Source of the DNA: Piedraia hortae CBS 480.64
Lineage: Eukaryota
Direction of reading: 5' to 3'
Assembly (NCBI GenBank): GCA_010093745.1
Contig: MU005964.1
Coordinates: 62,001 to 126,000 of the forward strand
DNA length: 64,000 bases
The translations under genes were made by a program, and so were the position numbers. The notes under the pieces are model-generated. The model was given only the letters and a program-made list of their open reading frames with translations, was not told the DNA's origin and ran no database searches. The number at the start of each line of letters is the position of its first letter. The stretch's first letter is position 1. Positions 54,804-64,000 of this stretch are shown here, piece after piece.

Positions 54804-55998
54804 TTAACGGGCGTTACATGCCCAAGACTGCATAGCCATAGAACAGAGTCTCTGGATAACCTGACTGCAGCTCGCCGCGGTCTGACGCTGAATGAGCTCT
54901 TGAGCGGAGCGAAACTTTCTAATTTCCTCGGGGCCGGGACCACTGAGCCTGCTCACGTGGCGGACAACGGCCATGGAGTAGAGGACGTCGCGGTGTTCGC
55001 GCTGGGCAAGGAGTTTGCGGAGGATGGAGAGGCAGTCTGCCATTCTGCGGAGGTCCGTAGAGGCCGTGAGACAACCAAGCTGGTTCCAGAACGTGATCTC
55101 GTCATCGGCGTGAAGGGGCGGTAGCGGCGGGATGCGGTTCTGAGGCAGTAGCTGGCCGGTGAGGAGGTGCTCAATGGTTTCAATGCGCATGCAGAGTGGC
55201 AGAGTAGGAGTCATGGTGACTCGCGGCAGGATCATAAGCTTCCACACAAGGTGCGACTCAAGTGCTTGTAGCTGCGGAGTGGCCAGCAGATGATGAGGAG
55301 AAGTCTGGAAGCAGTTGACGCATTGCGCCAACAGTGACAGTAGCTCTCGGTCCTGCTGCAGAGCACGACAGCCCATGGCCGTGGCATACCACTCGCACTC
55401 CAGCAGTCGGTCCAGTCCGGTTGCGTAGTTGTATGTGTAGAGCTCTAGCAGAGGCTGCATTATCGGCGGCTGACTCACAGGCGGCAGCTGGCCCTCGCTG
55501 CCAAACAGATCCTCTACTTGTACAGATTGGGCTACGCTCGGTCAGCTGGGCTTTTCTCTTGCGGTGAACTGACGGGAGCGTTTGGGAATATGGGCGGGAG
55601 GCGACATAGCCGACCGCTGCTGCGCGCTGCCGGGCGATGTGGAGCCCGACAGCGACGGTGTGGCAGACGCGGAACCCATTGACGACTGCTTGAAGATTGG
55701 ATCGTATCCAAGACAGTTGCGTCTCGACTTTGCGCAGTTACGACACGTTGGATGGCCCTCGTCACACTTGCACGTCGGGTCAGCGAGAAAAGCGGCGACG
55801 AAGACAACGGAATCTACTACCACACACCTTGATGCGCCGCTTCCGACACGTCAGACATCCTGTTTTAGTGCGGCGACGAATCTCACGTGGCGGCGGCTCC
55901 GGCGTGACAGGCGTGTCGGACGCGTGAATGGACGGTGAAAGCGAGGAAAATGGGTCCATGACGGATGAGAATTCAGGGCACGGGAAGCCGGATGACAT
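54804..55998 (-). CDS. Zn(II)2Cys6 transcription factor (introns 55827-55767, 55573-55532)
   Basis: RTKTGCLTCRKRRIK/CDEGHPTCRNCAKSRRNCLGYDPIFK. Splicing joins it in frame to ORF 54804-55478. An alternative ATG lies at 55959. Confidence 0.88.
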
Positions 55999-56112
55999 GT
56001 ATACAACGAACAGTCTCTCTTCTTCGACGAGGCTGAGGCAAACGAGCTTGTGGGCGCCACCACGTCGCCACAGATTTGTGGCAGAATAACGGACCGGTGA
56101 CTGGCTTTACGG

Positions 56113-56661
56113 CTACAGCTTGGTCCGCAGCTCCTCCCTGATCTCCCTGCGTAGCCGGGCTGCCATGTCGCGACCTTCCTGCTCGTCTAGCTCATTCCGC
56201 TGGCCCCGCCCAAACATGACCCAGCTCCGCCCTGCGCCGCCAGGGTCGCGGTATCGCGGAATCACGTGGGTGTGCACGTGGTCGACCACTTGCGCCGCCC
56301 ACCGGCCATTGTTCTGCACCACGTTCCAATCTGTAACGCCTGTGGTCTTGCAGACCGCACGCGAGATTACCGGCAGCCATGCCCCCAGCTCGCTCGCCGT
56401 AGCCCCATCCACGTCAGAGATCCTGGCCAAGTGCTGCCGCGGACACACGAGTACGTGGCCCGGCGCTAGCGGCATGATGTCGAGAAAGGCCACGACTCGC
56501 GGCGTTGCCAGCACCACGTAGCAGTTCTTTTCTTCCACCGCCCGGTTCGCAGCGGCCTCGTCGGGCACACTATTGTGGGCTGGAGTGGGCGAAAACGCGG
56601 CACAAATGGCGCAAAATGGACACTTCTCGCCCGGATCGCTGATTTCCACCGGTGCTGCCAT
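56113..56661 (-). CDS. HIT-family nucleotide hydrolase
   Basis: Motifs CPFC, AFLDIMPLAPGHVLVCP and QNNG..AAQVVDHVHTHVIPR (HxHxH triad). Confidence 0.92.
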   Translation of the reverse strand: MAAPVEISDPGEKCPFCAICAAFSPTPAHNSVPDEAAANRAVEEKNCYVVLATPRVVAFLDIMPLAPGHVLVCPRQHLARISDVDGATASELGAWLPVISRAVCKTTGVTDWNVVQNNGRWAAQVVDHVHTHVIPRYRDPGGAGRSWVMFGRGQRNELDEQEGRDMAARLRREIREELRTKL

Positions 56662-57124
56662 CTCAACAATCGGTCAACCGTCAGGGGCGGCCGGGAGTGC
56701 CGTCTCGGCATCTTCCGAAGCATGTGCGCTTTTTGCGGCAGGCGCCACCATCGCTCGCTTGTCAAATATCTGGAAAATTCCACCTTGCCCGAGCCTTACA
56801 TTGGGTTGTCCTTATTCGGGTTCCTGGAATCATCTTGCAGATCAGCCGTATAAATAGGAATGGCGCACGCCAGCTCTTGTCATTGGTTGATTTTTTTCTC
56901 AGCCTCGCTGTTCCTCACAAATACATCAACCGTCAGCTTTCAACAGCTGCCGCTCGCACGGGACGCGGCTTTTTCTTCTGCCCGAGTGTAAAAGTGCCAC
57001 TGTTGGGTAGGTTGCGTAAAAGGTCCACTTTTCCAATGTCGATCTTCATCTTATTGTCCTCAGATCATGACAAAACTGTCCAAATCTCAGACATGACCCT
57101 CTCATCATTGACCTCTATCCAAAT

Positions 57125-58840
57125 CTAAACGTAGTTGCTGGGGTACAAGACATCGTCATCGTAAACAAACTGCTCCTTGACCGCCCTCATGCTGACAAAC
57201 CTTGACAAAAGGTTTGCCGAGCCGGCCTTGTCATTCGTGCCGCTGGCCCTTGCTCCACCGAATGGCTGTTGGGCAACGACCGCCCCCGTGCTCTTGCAGT
57301 TGAGGTAAAAATTACCAGCAGTATGACGGAGGGCTTCCTCGGCCATTCTCAGTGCAGCCCTGTCTTGGGCGAAAACTGCTCCTGTGAGGCCATAATCTGA
57401 GGTCGAGTCGATCGTTTCGCAGATCTTTCGATAGGAACCAACTTCGTCGACATCATCGTACACATATATCGTCAGGATAGGACCGAAGAACTCGGTATTC
57501 ATAAAAGGATGATTTGGGTTAGTCGTCTCAATGATGGTTGGGTGGACAAAGTAGCCCGTATCTCCAGACGCCGTGCCACCGACGATGAGCGTCAGCTCCT
57601 TGTCGTTCTTGGCATCGTTCAAAGCCTTTTCGAGCTTCTGGAAGGAACCCTGATGGATGACGGGCCCGATGAAATTGTCAAATTCCTCCGGGGAGCCTAC
57701 CTTGAGCTTCTTCGTCTCTTCAACGAGAAGCTTCTTGCTGCTCTCCCAGAGGTTCTTGGGGAAGTAAGCACGCGAGGTAGCACTGCACTTTTGGCCCTGG
57801 TACTCGAAAGCACCACGCACAGTGTTGATGCAAGCGTGCTTGACATCTGCAGAGCGGTGTATGAGATGGAAATTCTTTCCACCTGTCTCGCCAACGATGC
57901 GTGGATAGCTTTTGTATAGCCCCTCCGCAACGCCAGAAGCAATTTGGCTGTACAGCTTCCTGAATACGGCCGTGGAGCCAGTGTAGTGCAAAGCAGCAAA
58001 CTCTTTGTGGCCAAGCACGACCTTTGTTACTTCCTCAGCATCACCAGGGACAAACTGAATCACGTCCTTGGGCAAGCCTGCTTCGGCAAGGATGTTGTAG
58101 AGCAGCCAGTTGCTGGCCATGGCGCTGGGACTGGGCTTCCACAGGACAACATTGCCCATGAGAGCTGGAGCAGCTGGAAGATTCCCGGCAATGGCAGTGA
58201 AATTGAAGGGCGTGACAGCATACACAAACCCTTCCAGAGCACGGTACTCGATCCGGTTCCATACTCCGGGACTGTTGTGCTTCGGCTGATCAGCATACAG
58301 CTCCTGTGCATACTGAACATTGAATCTGAGAAAATCACACAGTTCTGCAGCCGAGTCGATCTCTGCCTGCCATGCATTCTTACCCTGGCCCAACATGGTT
58401 GCAGCCATGATGTCGTAGCGATACTTGCCACTAATCAAGTCTGCAGCCTTGAGGAAAATGGCTGCACGGTCGGTAAAAGGAAGGTTTTCCCAGCTGTTTT
58501 TTGCCTTTAATGCCGAGGCAATGGCGGTAGAGACATCAGACGAAGTGGCCGAAGACCACTTTGCAATCGTCTGGGCGTGGTCCATGGGAAATGGTTGTGA
58601 ATTGGCCTTTTCACAAGTTCTCTCGCGTCCAGCTACGACGATGGGCACTTGTAGAGGTGCGCGGGAGCGCAGGGCCTTCATGGCCGCCGTGAGCTTTTCC
58701 CGCTCAGTAGTGCCTTTGGCATAATGCTGGTTAGGCTCGTTTTTGATATCAGGAATTCTGAAGCTGCCAACGGTTGCCATTGCGCGAGTATATGATATGA
58801 ATTGTTTGGGAACGAGGTTGTTCCAGCGGCAAAGGGACAT
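57125..58840 (-). CDS. PUT2: Delta-1-pyrroline-5-carboxylate dehydrogenase
   Basis: Motifs QAEIDSAAELCDF, PFNFTAI, GETGGKNFH, FEYQGQKCSA and QQPFGGARASGTNDK. Confidence 0.96.
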   Translation of the reverse strand: MSLCRWNNLVPKQFISYTRAMATVGSFRIPDIKNEPNQHYAKGTTEREKLTAAMKALRSRAPLQVPIVVAGRERTCEKANSQPFPMDHAQTIAKWSSATSSDVSTAIASALKAKNSWENLPFTDRAAIFLKAADLISGKYRYDIMAATMLGQGKNAWQAEIDSAAELCDFLRFNVQYAQELYADQPKHNSPGVWNRIEYRALEGFVYAVTPFNFTAIAGNLPAAPALMGNVVLWKPSPSAMASNWLLYNILAEAGLPKDVIQFVPGDAEEVTKVVLGHKEFAALHYTGSTAVFRKLYSQIASGVAEGLYKSYPRIVGETGGKNFHLIHRSADVKHACINTVRGAFEYQGQKCSATSRAYFPKNLWESSKKLLVEETKKLKVGSPEEFDNFIGPVIHQGSFQKLEKALNDAKNDKELTLIVGGTASGDTGYFVHPTIIETTNPNHPFMNTEFFGPILTIYVYDDVDEVGSYRKICETIDSTSDYGLTGAVFAQDRAALRMAEEALRHTAGNFYLNCKSTGAVVAQQPFGGARASGTNDKAGSANLLSRFVSMRAVKEQFVYDDDVLYPSNYV

Positions 58841-59000
58841 GAACTAAATTCTTGCATGGATGCGAAATGCATAGTGGAACGGTTATCTTCGGCATTGGTG
58901 TCCAGGTCCCCTATCTCCATGCATGCGTCATACGTATCTCCCTTGCCTGCACAACGGTTGCGTCCTGCACTAACCAGAGTTGGCAAGCCAGAGTAACGGT

Positions 59001-60314
59001 TTATCTCAACTCGACCATCATCTTGCCCGGCTCTTCTATCAGTTTCCTCACCCTTTCTGCGCATCGTGCACACTCTGCGCCATCAATAACTCTATGGTCT
59101 GCACTCCAGCTAAAGACCAGCTCCTCTTTCTTGGTTACATTCCCTTCTTTATCAAAGGCAGGCACCATCTTACTTCTCCCAACGCCTACAATGGCTACCT
59201 GTGACTCACTGACCACGGGAGAGACAACACCACCGCCTATGGATCCAATGTTGGATATGGTTATAGTGGCACCTGAAAAGTCACTCGGTGTCAGCTTGTT
59301 TGCTGCCGCCTTGGTTGAAAGCTCGCGTAGTCGTAGAGCAATCTGTATGATGCTCATGTCCTGAACGCCTTTTAGCACAGGAACGACTAAGCCGCTCGGA
59401 GCATCAATTGCCACGCCAATATTGTGAGATGCATGGTAAGTCAGCTCCGGCATTGCTGCATCAAGGGAGGCGTTGAGCAGCGGATGGTTGTGCAAGGCGA
59501 TGCTCACTGCCTTGATAATGAACGGCAGGTGGGTGAGCTTTTGCTCAAAGCTGCTGTTAATCTGCCTCCGTAGTGTAGTGACGGGGCCCACGTCGGCTGT
59601 GCAAGTGTATAAGAAATGTGGGATTTGCAGTGATTTTGACATGCGCTTGAACATTTGTGATTGAACGGGAGTCAAGGGTACTTTGCGGTCTTCGCCCGTA
59701 GGCTGTTGACTGGACTGTGATGAGGGCCTCTGCTGGTTTCGCTGAGCAGCATAGCGGTGGACATCTTCCTTTAACACTCTGCCGTCCTTTCCCGTCCCTT
59801 GTACGTCTGCGATGTTCACCTTTAGCTTTCTCGTGAGCTGTCTTACAGCAGGAGTCGTTAGTGTTTTGATATCTTCTCTCGTCGGCTTTTGAGTCCCTTT
59901 GATTACATTGCCATCGGACGGCACAACCAGCTGCTGTTCAGAATCGGCCATTCCCTCGGCCTGAGTAATCTGTTCCATGACCACGGTCGAGGGTTCTTCC
60001 TCTGGTACGTCAATATCGACTAGCGGTTTTCCCGTGATGGCCATGTCATCAGGCTCGTAGTGGAGCTTCTTGACGACGCCATCATAGGGGGAAGTGATCT
60101 CCACCATTGCTTTATCAGACTGTACTTCGCAGATTTTATCAAACTGCTCGACTCTTGCTCCAGGTTGCACAAACCACTGAATCAGCTGGCACTCGGTGAT
60201 ACCTTCGCCGATATCAGCCAGGACAAAGGGCTTGATGACGTTTATGCGGCTGCTGCTATGGAAAGCTGAGCGGGAGGCATGGCGCCATATCGGTAGCAGG
60301 CGAGGGAGTGTCAT
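59001..60314 (-). CDS. Branched-chain 2-oxo acid dehydrogenase E2 (dihydrolipoamide acyltransferase)
   Basis: Lipoyl domain LADIGEGITEC..EVQSDKA; E3-binding TPAVR..GTGKDGRVLKED; catalytic SWSADHRVIDGA. Confidence 0.93.
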   Translation of the reverse strand: MTLPRLLPIWRHASRSAFHSSSRINVIKPFVLADIGEGITECQLIQWFVQPGARVEQFDKICEVQSDKAMVEITSPYDGVVKKLHYEPDDMAITGKPLVDIDVPEEEPSTVVMEQITQAEGMADSEQQLVVPSDGNVIKGTQKPTREDIKTLTTPAVRQLTRKLKVNIADVQGTGKDGRVLKEDVHRYAAQRNQQRPSSQSSQQPTGEDRKVPLTPVQSQMFKRMSKSLQIPHFLYTCTADVGPVTTLRRQINSSFEQKLTHLPFIIKAVSIALHNHPLLNASLDAAMPELTYHASHNIGVAIDAPSGLVVPVLKGVQDMSIIQIALRLRELSTKAAANKLTPSDFSGATITISNIGSIGGGVVSPVVSESQVAIVGVGRSKMVPAFDKEGNVTKKEELVFSWSADHRVIDGAECARCAERVRKLIEEPGKMMVELR

Positions 60315-61085
60315 GGTTGCCAGTGTCAACTACATGGGGATCTTGCACATGTCTTGGGCGAGTCAATACTCGGACGGCTAACAGCGGCTTTCACGTCAAG
60401 TTCTAGATATGTGCCAGCCCACCCACCCGCGCGACCGAAGCCGTGTGAGATTTTTGTGACAGCAGAACAGAGATGAGGGAAGTGGTTCAGACGAGTACAA
60501 ATGAATACACGTGTATCTACGAGAGAACATCGGAAATCATATTCTAATCGGTAGACCGGTGCGTAGCCTCGTATGAAGCCAGGAGACATGTGACTGTTGG
60601 AACAGTTATACAACATGTTGGTCCATGACCCACTTCTAACAGTAACAGGGCGTGTTCATCGTTGCTGCTGGTGTGGGTGTCTTGCTGACATGCTCCACTG
60701 CGTGCCCCCGCATGCGCTAGCGACGCAACAATAACCACAGGCGAGTCTGATCTGTACCCTGAGTTCGATTCTTTTACATTGCCATAAAATGAACGCCTCT
60801 CTTTATAAGCTCCGTCTGTCCCACGAATCGGCAAATGGATAGTCCCCAAAATGCGCCTGGATATCCAGAGCTATTGTACCATCACTCAGGCTGAGGAGTT
60901 TATGGCCCCAACCTTTCATCAAGCTTTGCCTATATGATGACTGCAGAGAAGTTGTGGTACATCATTGATCAACATCCAATGCACATATGAGGCATACCGA
61001 TGACCCACCTACAGTATGTATGACCACAAACCGCTGTGGTATATAAGTCTACCAACCACCTCTCGAAAACCATACTCTGGTCATC

Positions 61086-61490
61086 ATGGCATCGTCCAAC
61101 GTTTTAGAAACCCACGTCGCCATCTACCTACCCAGCGATTCTAGGGATCCCCATCATTGGGCATTGTTTCCGCAAGGTCACGGCAAAGACGTCATCTGGC
61201 AAATTGTCGATGATGGCGACAGATACACGATAGATACACCATTGCACAATAAGCATCCGCAAAGGTCATCTAGGGTCAAAGAATTGGTCCTTGTTGGCAC
61301 AGTTCCACTCAAATATCATGATGCTGCACTTGAAACGATCCAGAAAACGACTCCCAATAACACGAGCAAAACGTGGAACTGTCAGTCTTGGGTAGTCGAA
61401 GTCCTTGACAATTTAGCGAGTCGTGGAATACTTACTTGGAAAAAGGGAGCGAGGAATGATTTGTTGGGACTGAGGGAAAACTGGCAGTGA
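61086..61490 (+). CDS. Small protein with permuted papain-like His...Asn-Cys-Gln motif (DUF6540-like by recall)
   Basis: HHWALF near the N-terminus and WNCQSWV near the C-terminus. TATA box TATATAA at about 61040. Confidence 0.7.
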   Translation: MASSNVLETHVAIYLPSDSRDPHHWALFPQGHGKDVIWQIVDDGDRYTIDTPLHNKHPQRSSRVKELVLVGTVPLKYHDAALETIQKTTPNNTSKTWNCQSWVVEVLDNLASRGILTWKKGARNDLLGLRENWQ

Positions 61491-61745
61491 AAATGTGCTA
61501 TCATGGTAGCATATTGATAGGTGGAATTGGTCCTGCGTAGCGTGATACAATGGCGTCTAAGGCTGTTGCGTGACGTCACGATTCATCGTATTGGATGCGT
61601 GCTTACATGCATGATTGGAACTACCAACTCTATTCAGCTTACCCCCAAAGTTGCCACCCAATAAACGCTTGTTGCCCACTGAAGCATATAACTCGATAGT
61701 TTGATCTTTGGGTCTCGACTATTCCCTATTCGTAAAACCCGCGTA

Positions 61746-62735
61746 ATGTCCAGCGTTGACCAAAGAAGTTCCTCGCCAGCTGAGCGATACATCCTCCATG
61801 ATAATGAAAGCATCCGCATCATCAAGCATCTCGACCCTGAGATTTTGGAACTTACCAAAACAATCCCTGGGAGCGAATTAACCCATGTCGATCCCACAGA
61901 CCCGGTTCCGCTGCCCGATGGATTCGCGGCATCCTTCAACGACCTCTTGCGGGGCGACGTGCTCCACGAGTTAGCAGGCATGACCGTCGTCTCGCTCGGA
62001 ACGAGATACGTCGTGCGAATAAGCAGTTCTCTTGATCAAGACTACATTGACAACATGAAGTACATTCACGATACCCTACCTTCCTTCCCAACGCCACGCT
62101 GCCTCGGAGTCATCGCCACAGATCTTAGAACTTACCTCTTCATGACGCGAGCAGAGGGCAAAACTCTAGAAAGCACATGGCCGTATCTTTCGATTGCAGA
62201 CAAAGTCTCCGTGCAGAAGCAGCTTGAGGCTGTCCTTCAGCCCTTGCGTGATTTACGTTTTGATCGGGAACAGCATAGTCTCGGAAGTTTTGGTTCCGGT
62301 CTTTGCAAGGATGTGAGGAGAAAAGAGCGTGTTTCCGAGAGTCGGATATGGAGTGAAGACGAGTTTAATGACTTTTTGTGTTTCTCCGGAGAGAAGAAGC
62401 GGACACAGTGGATGGAAATGATTCGCACGGCTATGGGAGATGGGAGCCATCGTATTGTGGCTACGCATGGAGACCTACATCCACGGAATATTATGGTTAC
62501 TTATGATGGCACTGGGGCAGAGGGGGTTAAGGAGGGCAGTGTGCGTGTCTCGGCGTTGATTGACTGGGACGCCGCAGGCTGGTACCCTGAGCATTGGGAG
62601 TTTGTCAAAGCTTTAGGCACAACAACCCCTCGAGGTCTGCTGCGCGACTGGATCAATTATATTCCTTATGCGGCGATTGGTCGATATGTTCCTGAATATG
62701 GGCTAGACTGCGTCCTTGATCGGTGGCTTGGTTGA
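61746..62735 (+). CDS. Aminoglycoside phosphotransferase (APH)-like kinase
   Basis: Brenner motif THGDLHPRNIMV and LIDWDAAGWYPEHWEFVK. Confidence 0.88.
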   Translation: MSSVDQRSSSPAERYILHDNESIRIIKHLDPEILELTKTIPGSELTHVDPTDPVPLPDGFAASFNDLLRGDVLHELAGMTVVSLGTRYVVRISSSLDQDYIDNMKYIHDTLPSFPTPRCLGVIATDLRTYLFMTRAEGKTLESTWPYLSIADKVSVQKQLEAVLQPLRDLRFDREQHSLGSFGSGLCKDVRRKERVSESRIWSEDEFNDFLCFSGEKKRTQWMEMIRTAMGDGSHRIVATHGDLHPRNIMVTYDGTGAEGVKEGSVRVSALIDWDAAGWYPEHWEFVKALGTTTPRGLLRDWINYIPYAAIGRYVPEYGLDCVLDRWLG

Positions 62736-63554
62736 ACTTGGATGTATAATTCGAGTTAGAAACTCGCAAATGTCATCAATCTCCTCGGGTTCTTTGAACC
62801 AATGACCCTCTTTATCAGCACCGGAGTATTCCTTCCACTCCGAGGGAATGCCTACTTTGGCCATGGTCCGGGATGCTTGCCTGCCGAGCTCAATGTCGAC
62901 GTAAGCATCGTCGATGCCATGTCCGAAGAAAAGCGGCGTTTGATTGCCGGCGCTTTTGTGGTCTCTCCTGGCATCACCCATCATCGATTCCACGAAATCG
63001 TCATAAGTTCCGTCTTCAGACACCGCTTGAGCATGATCATCCTTGGCGAAAAGACGCTCAATATTCTCCGCAAACGGCAACCAAGTGCTCGCTACGAACA
63101 CAGCACCCAGCTCCTTGTTGCGGCAAAGCAACGTCCACAAGGCAACAGCACCACCCTGACTGATACCTCCTAGTACTAATCCCTTCTCACCAACACTTTC
63201 TGGCAGCAGCTTTAACTCGTCCTGGATTAACTTTGAGATATTATTGACCGCATCACGAATGCCTTGAATCTGCAGTTCCTGCCGCGCCTTCGTGTCTGTA
63301 AGAGAGTGGGCTTCAAACCAGGCCGGAATCTCTTCCTGAAACGCCGTGCTCCAAAGCTCTGCAGACGAAGGAAACACCCAGCGCCAGCCTGGAAGCTTGC
63401 TGCATAGGAAATTGTCCGGAGTTGAGAAGAATTCGGTAGCAAATTCTTCGCCATTGCTCCCTCGTCCGTGCAGCACAATTGCCGTGTTGGTGTGCTGTGA
63501 TGTCGGTGGAACAATGTGCGTGGGCCCAAATGAGGGTTGGGTTTCAGCTGGCAT
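62703..63554 (-). CDS. Phospholipase/carboxylesterase (acyl-protein thioesterase-like)
   Basis: Motifs LHGRGSNG, WVFP, AWF, GGISQGG, GHGIDDAYV and GHW, giving a Ser-Asp-His triad. Confidence 0.88.
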   Translation of the reverse strand: MPAETQPSFGPTHIVPPTSQHTNTAIVLHGRGSNGEEFATEFFSTPDNFLCSKLPGWRWVFPSSAELWSTAFQEEIPAWFEAHSLTDTKARQELQIQGIRDAVNNISKLIQDELKLLPESVGEKGLVLGGISQGGAVALWTLLCRNKELGAVFVASTWLPFAENIERLFAKDDHAQAVSEDGTYDDFVESMMGDARRDHKSAGNQTPLFFGHGIDDAYVDIELGRQASRTMAKVGIPSEWKEYSGADKEGHWFKEPEEIDDICEFLTRIIHPSSTKPPIKDAV

Positions 63555-63737
63555 GGTTCAGTCTGGAGAGTTCGCCGGAGGATTGAAGTTGTTGCTGTGG
63601 AGGCAAGGTTCCATGTTACACTGGTTCGGTCACACGTGCAGATGTGATGACAGATGGCTGTATGAACATCACAACGGCCTTCTGTGCAGTGGCGTCATGT
63701 CACATCCCACTGACAGCTGCATCATGACTCTTCAGAC

Positions 63738-64000
63738 ATGCCCCCTACACCAGCCCCCGAACCGCAGTGGATCCTCATCCTAACTGGCCCAGCCGGCAGC
63801 GGCAAGACTACCGTCGCCAAATGGCTCGCATCACAGCTTCAATGGCCCTATCTCGAGGGCGACACCGTAAACATATTCCCCAAACCACCGCCCTCCAAAT
63901 TAACGTAGCAGTTCCACCCGCCAGCCAACATCTCAAAGATGGCCTCTGGCGTGCCCCTCACCGATGCTGACAGATGGGACTGGCTGATCACCATCCGCGA
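63738..64000 (+). CDS. Gluconokinase (GntK/IdnK family), 5' part only; runs off the window (intron 63867-63911)
   Basis: Spliced product MPPTPAPEPQWILILTGPAGSGKTTVAKWLASQLQWPYLEGDT/FHPPANISKMASGVPLTDADRWDWLITIR contains the P-loop and the FHP.AN..KM..G.PLTD.DR motif. Not in the ORF track. Confidence 0.92.

Noticed and set aside
54804..58840. PUT2 plus a nearby Zn2Cys6 factor as a proline-utilisation (prn) cluster
   Set aside because: No proline oxidase or permease is present, and the factor is short and does not resemble PrnA/Put3.

Overview
Gene-dense window from a compact filamentous ascomycete genome. Dothideomycete-like affinity is an inference; the direct evidence is short 42-80 nt spliceosomal introns with CTAAC/CTGAC branch sites and many intronless housekeeping genes. 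About 30 protein-coding genes can be supported: AA11 LPMO, prefoldin 1, alkaline ceramidase, a GH16-LysM fusion, a long coiled-coil protein, Hem25, an AIF-like oxidoreductase, a kelch-like membrane protein, Erv29, Nup84, a Tgl3-like patatin, an LCB kinase, two paralogous PD-(D/E)XK-like ORFs, an RGS-LOV photoreceptor, Bna7, an I78 inhibitor, Rml2, cyclin B, Vps26, a Zn2Cys6 factor, a HIT hydrolase, Put2, BCKDH E2, an APH-like kinase, an esterase and a partial gluconokinase. There is also an intron-containing tRNA-Ile(AAU) and three decayed DNA-transposon remnants. The best leads are: (1) a tandem pair of restriction-endonuclease-fold paralogs, one with an intact catalytic motif and one intact ORF lacking three putative catalytic residues (a possible toxin/antidote or decoy module); (2) a ~206-codon, AUG-depleted in-frame extension on the coiled-coil gene that points to non-AUG (GUG) initiation; (3) a secreted, GPI-less Crh-type GH16 fused to LysM; (4) repeated C/A-rich to G/T-rich strand-skew switches that ignore gene orientation. 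All family calls come from motif recognition by eye; no database search was run.
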